Shown: piece by piece, positions 9,929-19,697 of the stretch
How positions within the stretch are numbered: position 1 is the stretch's first letter
Layout of the letters: the number at the start of each line of letters is the position of its first letter
Assembly: GCA_041736175.1 (NCBI GenBank)
Contig: JBGSUI010000003.1
Location: 1-35,503, forward strand
From: Oligoflexales bacterium
GTDB taxonomy: Bacteria > Bdellovibrionota_B > Oligoflexia > Oligoflexales > CAIYRB01
Length of the DNA stretch: 35,503 nt
Direction: 5' to 3'
Program-made: the position numbers and the translations under genes
The notes under the pieces: model-generated
Told to the model about the DNA's origin: nothing
What the model saw: the letters and a program-made list of their open reading frames with translations, nothing else
Database searches by the model: none

Positions 9929-10768
9929 ATGAAGCGTTCCGTATTCAATCAAAAAGGTGGCGTTGGAAAAACCTCAGTAACCTGCAATCTGGCAGCGTCG
10001 TTCGCAAGCCTTAACCGAAAGGTCCTTGTCGTTGATTTAGATGCCCAAGGGAATGCTTCACAATATCTTATAGGTGAAAATCTTCAGAAAATTTCGAGGA
10101 CCATTTCTGATTTTTTTGCGTCGACTCTGAGCTTTAAACTCTTTAAAGAAACCTTGAGAGAAGCTGTCTATAAGACTCCCCATCCCAACCTCTGGGTGAT
10201 TCCGGCTGAGCGTTCTCTTGCTGAGCTTCAGCCCAAACTAGAGGGTCGATATAAAATCTTAAAACTCAAAGAAGCCATTGACGCCCTTGTTGAAGACATG
10301 GGTTTTGACGATGTTTTCTTTGACAATCCTCCTGCGCTCAATTTCTATAGCACCAGTGCTTTGATTGCCTCGGATCGGGTACTGATTCCCTATGACTGTG
10401 ATTCTTTTAGTTACGAAGCGATCTTAAGAGTGATGGAGATCATCAACGAAGTCAGCCAGGACCACCAGCCGAGTCTTAAGGCTGAGGGAATCATCATCAA
10501 CCAGTTCCAACCCCAAGCCAAGCTGCCGAGAGAGTCTATAGAAGTCCTCAGGAAACTCGGATTCCATGTGCTTGAACCCTATCTCAGCGCCTCGGTCGTC
10601 ATGCGTGAGAGTCATAGCGCGCATGTTCCTCTTGTCTATTTAAAAAACAAACACAAGCTGACCCAAGAGTTTATTGGCTTGTCCCGTGAGCTATTACAAA
10701 ATCAAGGGGCTTGTCACTCTACACCGAAAGCTGTGTCACTAAATCCAAAAGAAACTTTGCATCCGTAA
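9929..10768 (+). CDS. ParA/Soj-family ATPase (orphan, no parB)
   Basis: Deviant Walker A NQKGGVGKT, VDLDAQGNAS, FDNPPALN. Confidence 0.93.
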   Translation: MKRSVFNQKGGVGKTSVTCNLAASFASLNRKVLVVDLDAQGNASQYLIGENLQKISRTISDFFASTLSFKLFKETLREAVYKTPHPNLWVIPAERSLAELQPKLEGRYKILKLKEAIDALVEDMGFDDVFFDNPPALNFYSTSALIASDRVLIPYDCDSFSYEAILRVMEIINEVSQDHQPSLKAEGIIINQFQPQAKLPRESIEVLRKLGFHVLEPYLSASVVMRESHSAHVPLVYLKNKHKLTQEFIGLSRELLQNQGACHSTPKAVSLNPKETLHP

Positions 10769-13700
10769 AGAGGGTTTCAGCTTCACCAGGTTTCAATTTA
10801 TTTTGTAGAAAATCCCGACCAGTAATGGATTCAAAGGTGCCTACGAGGTCAAGTGTTTCTGCGATCATCATGCATCGGGTGTAGAGGCGCATTGCCCTCC
10901 AAAGGGCATAGAGCTGCTGGTCTTGGACGCTCCCCACTTTTTCTACTAGGTCGTTCAAAACCTTTTGGTCTAGTCGCAAAATCGCTCCTCGCAGATGATT
11001 TTTATCCGATTTCAAGAGTCGCGTAACTGTTGAAGGAGGTGGCTCCTTTGCACGGCGGGCAAGGTAGGCCAAGACCGGCGCTATAAAAGTTTTAGGTTCA
11101 AGAGCGAGGGGTACATAATAGTTGAGGCGAATCTCCCAGAGTAAGCTTACCATTCTATGGAAAAGTGCTGTAGGAGGCAGACCTCTATAAAAAGTGGCAT
11201 CAATATAGATTTTTTTATCACGGCCATCGAAAAAGACGATTTGATTAAGTCCCTTTAAGCTATAACATACGATCTCTCTGCTTTTAAAACGATCGGCATA
11301 GTGATGCAACCCAACATCATACATGATTCCGCTCTTCCAATCCAAGAGTTGCGCTGATTTAGCGATGCTTTCTATGCGGATTTTAGCGACTTTGGTAAGG
11401 TGTTCGATTGAGAATCGCTCATGGTAAATTCTAATCAAGACGGGTGACAGCATCTGGATGAGACGAAATAGCAGAGATTGAACTGGGAGTAGGATAGGTG
11501 ACTTATACCCTGTGTAGGTTCCGGGAATTCGATCTTTGCTGGAGATAGGGTAAAAATACTCGTTCGAATTTCGCCAAACTCGGCCTTTCCATTGTTCCAT
11601 AAGAAGGTTGACCTCTCCGCTTACGAGAGCCAGAGCTTGGAGCGCAAGATGCTTTTCGGTATCTGATATAAAGTTAGCTTTTAGGGCTTGTTCCACATTG
11701 GCCTTCTCGGCAGTACCGCCCAACACCAGCATGCGCCAAGGGAGTTCTGGTTCCGGCTCTACGGGAGGAGGTGGCTCCTCAAGATTGAATTCTAATGGGG
11801 GACTTTCTTGAGGTGGATTTATTTCGGGTAAAAGTTCGGCGCCGAGGGTCAGCTCTACAGGATCCGGCCCTCTGCTGGACGAGGCTTCGAGTAAGTTTTT
11901 TGAGAGGGGGGGGCTAGGGACTTCGTGTTTTGCTGATTGATCAATGAGGGATTCAAAGGACAAATTTTCAGTATCCGCGGGCGGTGTCGGAGGAAGCGCA
12001 GGTAGAAGGGAAGTGACAAGGCTAAATAAGGGAGCCTCTTCTTGAGTCCTTGGTGCCTGGCTACTGGTGGATGACTCCTTAACAAGGGAGAGATGTCTCT
12101 CTTTAAAGGTTTCTTCAGAGGATTTTTCTTCAACGTTGATTTCGTGGTTCGAACCCATAGCAAAGACGCCCGAACGACTCAAAAAGGCATTTTTTGAGTT
12201 TACGTCATTTAAAAAGCTATAGACATTATTTTGATTGGAATCCACCAGGGATGTGGTGACCGCATCTTGGGCCTTGCTTTGACTCTGGGGTAAAAGATCG
12301 GCTGTGGGGTCTTGTAGTTTTTGTAATTGGGCTTTTAGAGATTCTATGGTGACAGGGTATCTCGCGAGTGCTCTGGGATTGACCTCAATTTGGGGGATGA
12401 TTTCCTTGAGAATTTTGACACGGGACTGGTCGTCACTAAATTCGTCTATAAGTATAAAATATGGAATCCAAATGCGATCATCCTCTGGGCGCAATTGGTA
12501 AGCCTCTTGGTACAGCTTAAAGGCAGTCGCTCTATGATCATTGATATGAAAGAGGAGGTTGGCATAGGAAACTATGATCTCAAAGTAAGTCTCAGGATGG
12601 AGAGTGTCCTTGTTATTTTTGCTCATAAGGTGACGATAGCAAACAAGCAAAGCATCTTTTAGGTTTGAGGTGTTGAGCATTTTAAGGCTTTCCTTACGAA
12701 AATCCTCAGCCGCATCAGACTTTCCAAGGTATTCAAGGACTTTAACCCAAGAATCAGCGATGATTGCTAGATCTTTGAGACCGAGAGCTTCGCGGAAAGA
12801 AGCCATCAGGACCTTATCTGAAACAAACCCATTTTCGAGGAGAATCTCGATAAGACTGAAGGCTTCCTTATGCATTCTTTTTTGTCGGTAGGATTTCACA
12901 TGCCCCAGAATGGTCTCTAAGACCTTAGGACCCATACTTTTCATGGGACTGAGGCGTTCTATAATCTTTTTAAGCTCACTTTTTTGCAGAAGGATGCCTT
13001 CGTCTTTGAGCATCACATGGAGATAGTGACCTTCTCCTATTTGGTCTTTCTGGGTATGGGCTATGTTTGCCAGTTTAATAAGGGTTCTGAGGGGTGCCAT
13101 CTCAAGTTTTAGGGCCTTTTCTAAGACGCTGCGAGCTGACACAAGATCACCTAGCCTTTCCGAGTAGACATCAGCCAGTCTATTGAGGAGTCCTAGTCTT
13201 TGGTTAGGTTCTTTGATAAAGGATTGTTGACCTGTTAAAACTTTTGCGAGCAACTCCCACTTTCCATGGTTAGCGGCATATTGTTCAAACGTGTCTAGTT
13301 CATCAAGGCTTAGGCGAGAAGACACGCCAACCATACCTAAGACAACGCACATCAGATTGTGATTGGGTGGGGATTTTTTGAGAAGGGCCAGTGCTTTGTG
13401 GCCGAAGTTTGCGATGAGATCTGGTTCCTGACTGGTTTTGGCCATATGGAAATAATATTTAGAGAGGATCTCTTCCTGGTCCTGAAATTCTTTTGTTACC
13501 TCAGGTTCACTCATAGAGGGGGTTCCGCCTATATCGAGTAGAGCTAAGAGATATTTCCGCATTCGTACTTTATCCTTAAATCGTCTCATGACTCTTATGG
13601 CGTGATCTAAGATGGGCTCTTTTTCGTCCCCAAAACTCATTTGGTACTGGAAAAACTCATCGAGTACCATAGCAGTCTCTGGATGAGTGAATTCTTCTAG

Positions 13701-16202
13701 CGAATCGGCAATAAGGCGAATCCACCGCTTTTTTTCGGACATAATCATCTTCGATTCTAGTAGCATACTCCCTAATCTTTGGAATCCCTCAAGATATTGT
13801 CTGCTACTATAAGACTCGATACGTTTTTCTAAAAGATCAGAGTGGCTCACATCGCCTTCGATCATTTTGATCAAAAGACTGTCTTTTCTCTCATCAGAAA
13901 AGATCTCGGGAGTCTCTAGCATCATCCTCAGGATGCGGGTTTGTTCTCGACCATCAGTGGTATATCCAAGGTATTTTTCATAGATCTCCCCTAAGAGCGC
14001 ATAATTTTTTTGTTCTTCCAATGAAAAAATTAGAAAAGCCATATTGCTTGCATCGATGGGACCATCCTGTAAAGACTTTACAAGTTGTTCGATCGATTTT
14101 TTTTGATCATGCAAAAATTCTCGCGCGAACTCTCCCAAAAAGGTTCGCAATTGTGATCTCTTTTGCGGTGACAATAAATCATTATTCAAGTCATTAAGAG
14201 CATCGTAAAGAATTAATTTATTTATTTCGTTAAGGTGATCATTTTGAATCAAAATATTAAGACAATTTAACTCGCCTATAAATAGCTCTGGAAAATCTAG
14301 AAGCTCAACGAATAGCTTATAGCATTTTACAATATTTTTTATATTTTGAGTATATATTGTAAATAGTTCATGAAAAACTGATTTTAATTTAACAAGATCT
14401 CTCTTGGAATGGGCTATTGCGAAAACTCTTTCCAGCATCGTTGCTAGTTTGTGGGATTGGCCCTGGATGCCGTAGATCTTCGCTAAGGACTCAATTAATT
14501 CGATATTATCACCAAGATTATGCAATGAGTGTTCGTATCTTGCTTGGGCGAGATCGGGTCTTGAAAGTCCATTTTGCCAGATATCTCCCATCATTTGTTC
14601 GAGTTTAGAGCGATCTATTTGCTCTAGGTTAAGGGCTCCATCGTTGAGTATGTTATCAAGCAGCTGGATGGCGGCCTCGTATTGACGCCGATCATTGAGG
14701 ATGTCGACTATAAAACCAATGATCTCAATGTTATTTTTTTGATATTGTAAAGCATTGATTCCATATTGAAGTGGATCATTTTCTCCCTGGATTTGAAACC
14801 ACTTTTGGGCTTTGTATATCTGGCCTATGCGAAGATAAAACTGTGCCAAGACCATATGTCGACGTTCCACTTTGACCAGTTTCTTGAGACTATCGAGTTC
14901 CAGTTCAATGTTAGGGATTTTCTGAGCGACCAAGACCATTTTACGCAAAACTCGGGCATTCGGACCTCTCTTTTGTACAACCCTTTGGTAAGATAGATAG
15001 GATTTTTGTGGATTTTCCTCGCTCCAAAAATCACCGAAGAGCTCGGGTAAAAGGACTTCAAAGGATTTAATGCCCTCAAAATCAGGCAGATCAATTTCAA
15101 ACTGCTTACCTAGTCGCGACAACAAATCAAGAGCCTTGGTGAAGTGATGAGCCTTTTTTTCGATATGGATGGCAGCGGAAAGAACCAGCTTATCGCTGCT
15201 AGAAGTGGTATGAGATATTTGATCGAGTATGCTCGCAGGAACCTCAAAATCAGTCAAAGCAATAAGTGAAAGCCTTTTAAGAAAATAGGGGTCTAATGGT
15301 AGGTTCAAATGGGGTGAGGCCTTCTCAAGAAAATGGGTAAAATCCCCTCTAATAAGGTGCCTCTCGACCTCGCTCAGCAATTCTGCTTTTTCATGAGATT
15401 CGATCACTTCGACCGGCATTTTAGCCAAGTGGATATAAGGTCTCAAGAGGCCATCTTTAGAGGAGGCTATTTCGAAAATACGTTTATGGTTATCATTGGT
15501 TAAAGACGCGCTAAGGGGTGTCTTAGATTCTAGGAGAGGCTCAATTGTTTTGGGTTCCATCGGGACTTTAAGGTTGGCTGATAGCTGTCGAAAAGTCGGT
15601 ACCAAAAGGGAAAACTCAAGCTCGTTCAATGAAATATATCTACAGCTCCGAAAGTTTAGATCCACTTTTTCTTTCGATTCATTTTGAACTCCGAGAGATT
15701 TTGCAGCATATTTTAATGCTTTGCTCATAAATTCTCGGGAGGTCCTGCCTAGGATAAAATGATCGTACAGAAAAACATTTACCTTGGATCCATATACGGC
15801 AAATTGAATTTTAAATCCAAATACTGTAAGAGGATTCTCATCAAAGGGCTGATCTACTGCTTTTGATCGATAGGAGTCTTTAATGACTCCCTCAAAGAAA
15901 CAATTGATGTCACCTTGGGGTCCAACAACGATTTCTGAGGTCATGCGGTTTCCAAAATAGGATCGGGCATTTTTCTTGAGTGTTTCTACAAAGACTGATT
16001 GGTTGAGATAGACTTCGAGCTTGTTTAAAACAACCTCTTTGCGCTTTTCTCTCAATTCAACGAGTTTAATCTCCCAGAGTTGTGTCGATGAAGGATCCAC
16101 TGTTGGATCTGGACAATAGACCCACCATAGCCCAGTCGAGCGCTGTTCGCGCTTAAATTCTAGGCGAGAAAGGACGGATGTGATTCGTTCGATTTGTTGC
16201 AA
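10719..16202 (-). CDS. giant TPR/alpha-solenoid protein (1827 aa)
   Basis: 5.5 kb uninterrupted ORF; TPR-like repeats (MGDIWQNGLSRPDLAQARYEHSL; LADVYSERLGDLVSARSVLEKAL); acidic Pro-rich linker then a C-terminal globular domain; TTG start uncertain. Confidence 0.85.
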   Translation of the reverse strand: MQQIERITSVLSRLEFKREQRSTGLWWVYCPDPTVDPSSTQLWEIKLVELREKRKEVVLNKLEVYLNQSVFVETLKKNARSYFGNRMTSEIVVGPQGDINCFFEGVIKDSYRSKAVDQPFDENPLTVFGFKIQFAVYGSKVNVFLYDHFILGRTSREFMSKALKYAAKSLGVQNESKEKVDLNFRSCRYISLNELEFSLLVPTFRQLSANLKVPMEPKTIEPLLESKTPLSASLTNDNHKRIFEIASSKDGLLRPYIHLAKMPVEVIESHEKAELLSEVERHLIRGDFTHFLEKASPHLNLPLDPYFLKRLSLIALTDFEVPASILDQISHTTSSSDKLVLSAAIHIEKKAHHFTKALDLLSRLGKQFEIDLPDFEGIKSFEVLLPELFGDFWSEENPQKSYLSYQRVVQKRGPNARVLRKMVLVAQKIPNIELELDSLKKLVKVERRHMVLAQFYLRIGQIYKAQKWFQIQGENDPLQYGINALQYQKNNIEIIGFIVDILNDRRQYEAAIQLLDNILNDGALNLEQIDRSKLEQMMGDIWQNGLSRPDLAQARYEHSLHNLGDNIELIESLAKIYGIQGQSHKLATMLERVFAIAHSKRDLVKLKSVFHELFTIYTQNIKNIVKCYKLFVELLDFPELFIGELNCLNILIQNDHLNEINKLILYDALNDLNNDLLSPQKRSQLRTFLGEFAREFLHDQKKSIEQLVKSLQDGPIDASNMAFLIFSLEEQKNYALLGEIYEKYLGYTTDGREQTRILRMMLETPEIFSDERKDSLLIKMIEGDVSHSDLLEKRIESYSSRQYLEGFQRLGSMLLESKMIMSEKKRWIRLIADSLEEFTHPETAMVLDEFFQYQMSFGDEKEPILDHAIRVMRRFKDKVRMRKYLLALLDIGGTPSMSEPEVTKEFQDQEEILSKYYFHMAKTSQEPDLIANFGHKALALLKKSPPNHNLMCVVLGMVGVSSRLSLDELDTFEQYAANHGKWELLAKVLTGQQSFIKEPNQRLGLLNRLADVYSERLGDLVSARSVLEKALKLEMAPLRTLIKLANIAHTQKDQIGEGHYLHVMLKDEGILLQKSELKKIIERLSPMKSMGPKVLETILGHVKSYRQKRMHKEAFSLIEILLENGFVSDKVLMASFREALGLKDLAIIADSWVKVLEYLGKSDAAEDFRKESLKMLNTSNLKDALLVCYRHLMSKNNKDTLHPETYFEIIVSYANLLFHINDHRATAFKLYQEAYQLRPEDDRIWIPYFILIDEFSDDQSRVKILKEIIPQIEVNPRALARYPVTIESLKAQLQKLQDPTADLLPQSQSKAQDAVTTSLVDSNQNNVYSFLNDVNSKNAFLSRSGVFAMGSNHEINVEEKSSEETFKERHLSLVKESSTSSQAPRTQEEAPLFSLVTSLLPALPPTPPADTENLSFESLIDQSAKHEVPSPPLSKNLLEASSSRGPDPVELTLGAELLPEINPPQESPPLEFNLEEPPPPVEPEPELPWRMLVLGGTAEKANVEQALKANFISDTEKHLALQALALVSGEVNLLMEQWKGRVWRNSNEYFYPISSKDRIPGTYTGYKSPILLPVQSLLFRLIQMLSPVLIRIYHERFSIEHLTKVAKIRIESIAKSAQLLDWKSGIMYDVGLHHYADRFKSREIVCYSLKGLNQIVFFDGRDKKIYIDATFYRGLPPTALFHRMVSLLWEIRLNYYVPLALEPKTFIAPVLAYLARRAKEPPPSTVTRLLKSDKNHLRGAILRLDQKVLNDLVEKVGSVQDQQLYALWRAMRLYTRCMMIAETLDLVGTFESITGRDFLQNKLKPGEAETLFTDAKFLLDLVTQLSV

Positions 16203-16259
16203 ATAGGAGCTCAGCTACTTTCGAGACTTTGGATGAAGCCATGGCGATATCTCTAGTCT

Positions 16260-16286
16260 TTTTCGGCAAGTTTTTAGCTAACTTGA
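16260..16286 (-). promoter_or_regulatory. sigma-28 promoter for the giant TPR gene
   Basis: Minus strand TCAAGTTA-N11-GCCGAAAA. Confidence 0.7.
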
Positions 16287-16328
16287 GGCTTTGGCTTGAT
16301 GGTCAGTGCACTTGAATGGACGCGGGGC

Positions 16329-16337
16329 TGCTATAAT
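16329..16337 (+). promoter_or_regulatory. extended -10 sigma-70 promoter for the 16423 gene
   Basis: TGCTATAAT (TGnTATAAT). Confidence 0.45.
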
Positions 16338-16422
16338 CAAAGGTACAGGAGAAAGGGTAGGGGTTGGTGTGGATTATTTTGGAGTTTTGCGAGGCCGCAA
16401 GTAACCCGATAGGAGTCATAGA

Positions 16423-17679
16423 GTGTTAGAAGATCTGCGCTATCTATTAGATTATGCAAATAGATATAAAGACCAAGCTTTTTTAGAGGCTTTGTCAAAC
16501 CATTTCTGCAAACTCGAACATTCACGGTACCAAGAATGTCCCCCCTTTGGGATTCAGAAAGCGATTATTCAAAAGCTTTCCTATATCTTGCTTAGGTTTA
16601 GCTACTGGTCCCATAGTGCGCTCTTTAGGGATTCGGTCCTTGACTATTTCATCCAGGACTTTAGCGTTACAAGAGAATCTCTTGGACTGCTCATAAACTC
16701 CTCTTTTGGGTTGGCACAGAATTATTTTGCAGAATATAAAGATATTTGTGGAAATGACAAAGAATTTATTCGATATTTTTTTGTAGAATGTGCGACTCAA
16801 CAAAATGAATTAAATTTAGAACGCAATTTCGGTATAGGAGGCTATCTCATAGCCAAAATCAAAAAAGCTGTTGATGTGGCCTCAGCCATCCACCAATCTG
16901 AAACGACGGCACCACTGTTATTTTTGCCCGAGCTTGACTCAATGGTTTCTGATATCCTCTATGAAATGCAAGTAGAGTGTCTCGCCAATCCACAAAAAAT
17001 TGCACTTTTCCGTCTTAAGTATGCTCTGCTTGATAACGTTTTTTTTAAGGAATTTATCAATGATTTCGGGATCATTGAATGTATTTTTGATATGTTGCTG
17101 AGACTTGGGTGCAGACCAGGGCTTTCTTATAGCTCTTTTGTGAAAGCACTGGCTAAAAAACTTAGCAAGAGTCAGTTGGATCATAAGGCCCAGGAACAGT
17201 GTGGGGGCGAACTCATCCCCTGCGGGCTTGTTTATCTAGCTGCAGGTGCCAGTAAAAATAGCGAGATTTGTTTGTCTTCTAAAGCACAAGAGATCACAGC
17301 CGAATCCTTTGTAACTCTTACGACGGCCCAAAAAATGCCCTCAGACTCAGATATTTGTCAATGGCCCGTTCCCTATCAATCTATATTTTTTAGTTCCGAT
17401 TCTCTAGATGTAGATTACTTGCAACATCTGATCTTGAACTGTCGACCACTTAGCCCTCAAGTGCTTGAATTGGCATTAAAAAATCTACAAAAGCGTATGG
17501 CTACCGAAGCGTTTCTCAAGGTCTTGGATCTCCTTAAAATCCAAGAGAAGTCACCCTTCTTGCAGAAAATCAGATGTCGTTTTGAGCAATCTCTATCGCA
17601 TTTGATGGTAGACATTGACCAAACCCCTCCTATCATGCCAAAATTTGAGCAATTATTCGCCGGCCAAGAGGCGTCTTAA
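16423..17679 (+). CDS. hypothetical, mostly helical protein (418 aa)
   Basis: Long ORF, AGGAG SD 7 nt before GTG; no family recognised. Confidence 0.75.
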   Translation: MLEDLRYLLDYANRYKDQAFLEALSNHFCKLEHSRYQECPPFGIQKAIIQKLSYILLRFSYWSHSALFRDSVLDYFIQDFSVTRESLGLLINSSFGLAQNYFAEYKDICGNDKEFIRYFFVECATQQNELNLERNFGIGGYLIAKIKKAVDVASAIHQSETTAPLLFLPELDSMVSDILYEMQVECLANPQKIALFRLKYALLDNVFFKEFINDFGIIECIFDMLLRLGCRPGLSYSSFVKALAKKLSKSQLDHKAQEQCGGELIPCGLVYLAAGASKNSEICLSSKAQEITAESFVTLTTAQKMPSDSDICQWPVPYQSIFFSSDSLDVDYLQHLILNCRPLSPQVLELALKNLQKRMATEAFLKVLDLLKIQEKSPFLQKIRCRFEQSLSHLMVDIDQTPPIMPKFEQLFAGQEAS

Positions 17680-17789
17680 TCTCGGGCGTTATTTTTGATT
17701 GTAAAGCGAGACGATGCTCTCCGAAAGGATAACCTCTGAAGTCAGCAGCAAAGCAAACTAAGATTCATGAAGCTTCGGGTGAGGTACCT

Positions 17790-19421
17790 TTGATCGATTC
17801 AGAGGCTAGCGGTAAGATTTGGGACCTAGGTTTAGATCCAAATTTAATTGAGAAACATGCTGCTTTGATCCGCGCATCTTTGAAGAGCCAGGCTAAGCCA
17901 GAATTTAAGATCTTTGATACCTGTCGGCTGGACAATGGCGGCATTTTAAAATCTAGTGAACTTAAACAGTTTATGGACTCATCCGGTGAATCCCGTGTTG
18001 TCTTGGATTCGAAGGGCTATATTGGATTTGTGCCAGCAGCTGGTGCAGCAAGTCGCTATACATTGCCCTTTACGCCGATCATCCAGCTACTAGAGCAGAG
18101 GATTTCGCGGGAATTTCAAGACCAGGATTTTCATGTATTATTTGATCATCTGCAAAAAGTAGCTGCGACCGGAGCTGCTGATTGGGCGATCCCTGGCTCT
18201 TTAAAAGTCCTTTTGACCGCTTCGATCAGTGATTTAAGAAATCTAACACCAAGCGAATGCAAAGAGATCGTATCAGAGCTTTATCTGCCGAAAGCTCTCT
18301 ATCCATGTGTTCGAGAGCAGTTTAGCTTTTTGGAGTTTAAGGATTTAGAGCACAGAATGAATCCTTATCTAGATGGCCAGGTTTTTGTAACCCCTCCGGC
18401 TATGTCACGGGTCTTCGAAATGCACCTGCAACACTCGGAACTGGGTGCCGTGGTGGATACCAAAAAACAAGATCGGCTCCAAACGCTCTTTGTAGAACAG
18501 GGGCCTAAACTCTCCACTATACGGTTTAATCCGGATGGCCATCCATTTTTAGATAGTAATGATCAAGTAACCGTTGTTCCTGCTGGTCATGGAGCTCTTG
18601 CAGAATTATTTACAAATTTAGGTCACCATTTTCCTAATTCTGACTCTCTTTTAATCAGAAACATCGACAATCTAAATGGGATTTCGAAAGCGGCCCTAAA
18701 AGGTACCAAGGAATTTATAGAAAGCCATAGGTTTATTTTAAACTGTCTCAAAAAAATTCGGGCTAGCCTAAAGAAGGGGCAAATCCAAGAGGCTGCCCGT
18801 CACGGCGAACCTTTTAAAAAACTCCTTTCAGAAAAAGCGCCGCAATTTGTCGTAGAGGGTTTAGACCAACTTAACCTAGATCCTCGATCTCCAGAACATG
18901 GACTATGGAGGATTCTTTTGGGGGTTTTTCATACACCGCTTCCCCAATTATTAACCTTAGAGACTCTTAGACAAGCTTATGAACGGCCATTTAATCTGAT
19001 GGGGCAGGTGCCCAATAGCCAGAACGATGTTGGTGGGACCCCCTGCTTTGTCCTTCATAATGGAAGTGTCCAAAAATTATGCATCGAGGTCCCCCATGTC
19101 TCAATGCATGACCAAGATTTTTTTCTCAGAAACCCATTGAAAGCGACTCATTTTAATCCCGTTTTTGTTGCTGCTGAGATACCCCAGGAAGATCACTATT
19201 ATAGCAACAGAAATCAGGATTTTTGGCTACTTGCAGAAAAGTTTTATAAGGGACAAAAAGTTTTATATGTCGAGACGGTCTTATACGAGTTGCTAGGCAA
19301 TAGCGAGTTGGCAAATTGTATTTTTGTCGAGCTACCGCGGCTGCTGTTTCAACCTCATAAGACCCCTCAAGATAGCGCATCTAAAACCGTCTCTTCATGG
19401 ACCCAATCCGAGACTCCGTGA
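17790..19421 (+). CDS. DUF4301-family protein (UDPGP-like nucleotidyltransferase fold)
   Basis: FVPAAGAASR, PAGHGAL, IRNIDN, THFNPVF, IFVELPRLLFQPHKT match DUF4301 motifs as I recall them. Confidence 0.8.
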   Translation: MIDSEASGKIWDLGLDPNLIEKHAALIRASLKSQAKPEFKIFDTCRLDNGGILKSSELKQFMDSSGESRVVLDSKGYIGFVPAAGAASRYTLPFTPIIQLLEQRISREFQDQDFHVLFDHLQKVAATGAADWAIPGSLKVLLTASISDLRNLTPSECKEIVSELYLPKALYPCVREQFSFLEFKDLEHRMNPYLDGQVFVTPPAMSRVFEMHLQHSELGAVVDTKKQDRLQTLFVEQGPKLSTIRFNPDGHPFLDSNDQVTVVPAGHGALAELFTNLGHHFPNSDSLLIRNIDNLNGISKAALKGTKEFIESHRFILNCLKKIRASLKKGQIQEAARHGEPFKKLLSEKAPQFVVEGLDQLNLDPRSPEHGLWRILLGVFHTPLPQLLTLETLRQAYERPFNLMGQVPNSQNDVGGTPCFVLHNGSVQKLCIEVPHVSMHDQDFFLRNPLKATHFNPVFVAAEIPQEDHYYSNRNQDFWLLAEKFYKGQKVLYVETVLYELLGNSELANCIFVELPRLLFQPHKTPQDSASKTVSSWTQSETP

Positions 19422-19469
19422 GTGTTTTTGCCTATTGTTAGCGGGTATTCGTCACTATAAAATAATGAT

Positions 19470-19697
19470 ATGAGTACCTTCGTTAAAGAATCTAAAGCGA
19501 ATACCCCTTGGACGGTGATTCTAGAGCACTTGGACCTTATCTGCGCTCGCGTGGAGAGTGGCTGTGTGGAGATCAGTTATGATTACGGGACTGATACCGC
19601 AACGATCACGGATACGGGATCTCTTGGCCAACAGACGGTGATAGCCTTTAGCAATCTAAATGGGGAGCAGGGGACTGGGGATTGCAAGCTGGCATAA
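19470..19697 (+). CDS. small hypothetical protein (75 aa), probably leaderless
   Basis: Fills the gap between DUF4301 and tlyA; TTGTTA-N17-TAAAAT ends 6 nt before the ATG; no SD. Confidence 0.6.
   Translation: MSTFVKESKANTPWTVILEHLDLICARVESGCVEISYDYGTDTATITDTGSLGQQTVIAFSNLNGEQGTGDCKLA

Noticed and set aside
11906..11913. G8 run in the TPR gene as a phase-variation tract
   Set aside because: It is short, in frame, and explained by Pro codons in a Pro-rich linker
14160..14400. Very AT-rich patch inside the TPR gene
   Set aside because: The frame is uninterrupted, with no flanking repeats or insertion signature; it reflects Ile/Asn/Lys/Leu-rich sequence
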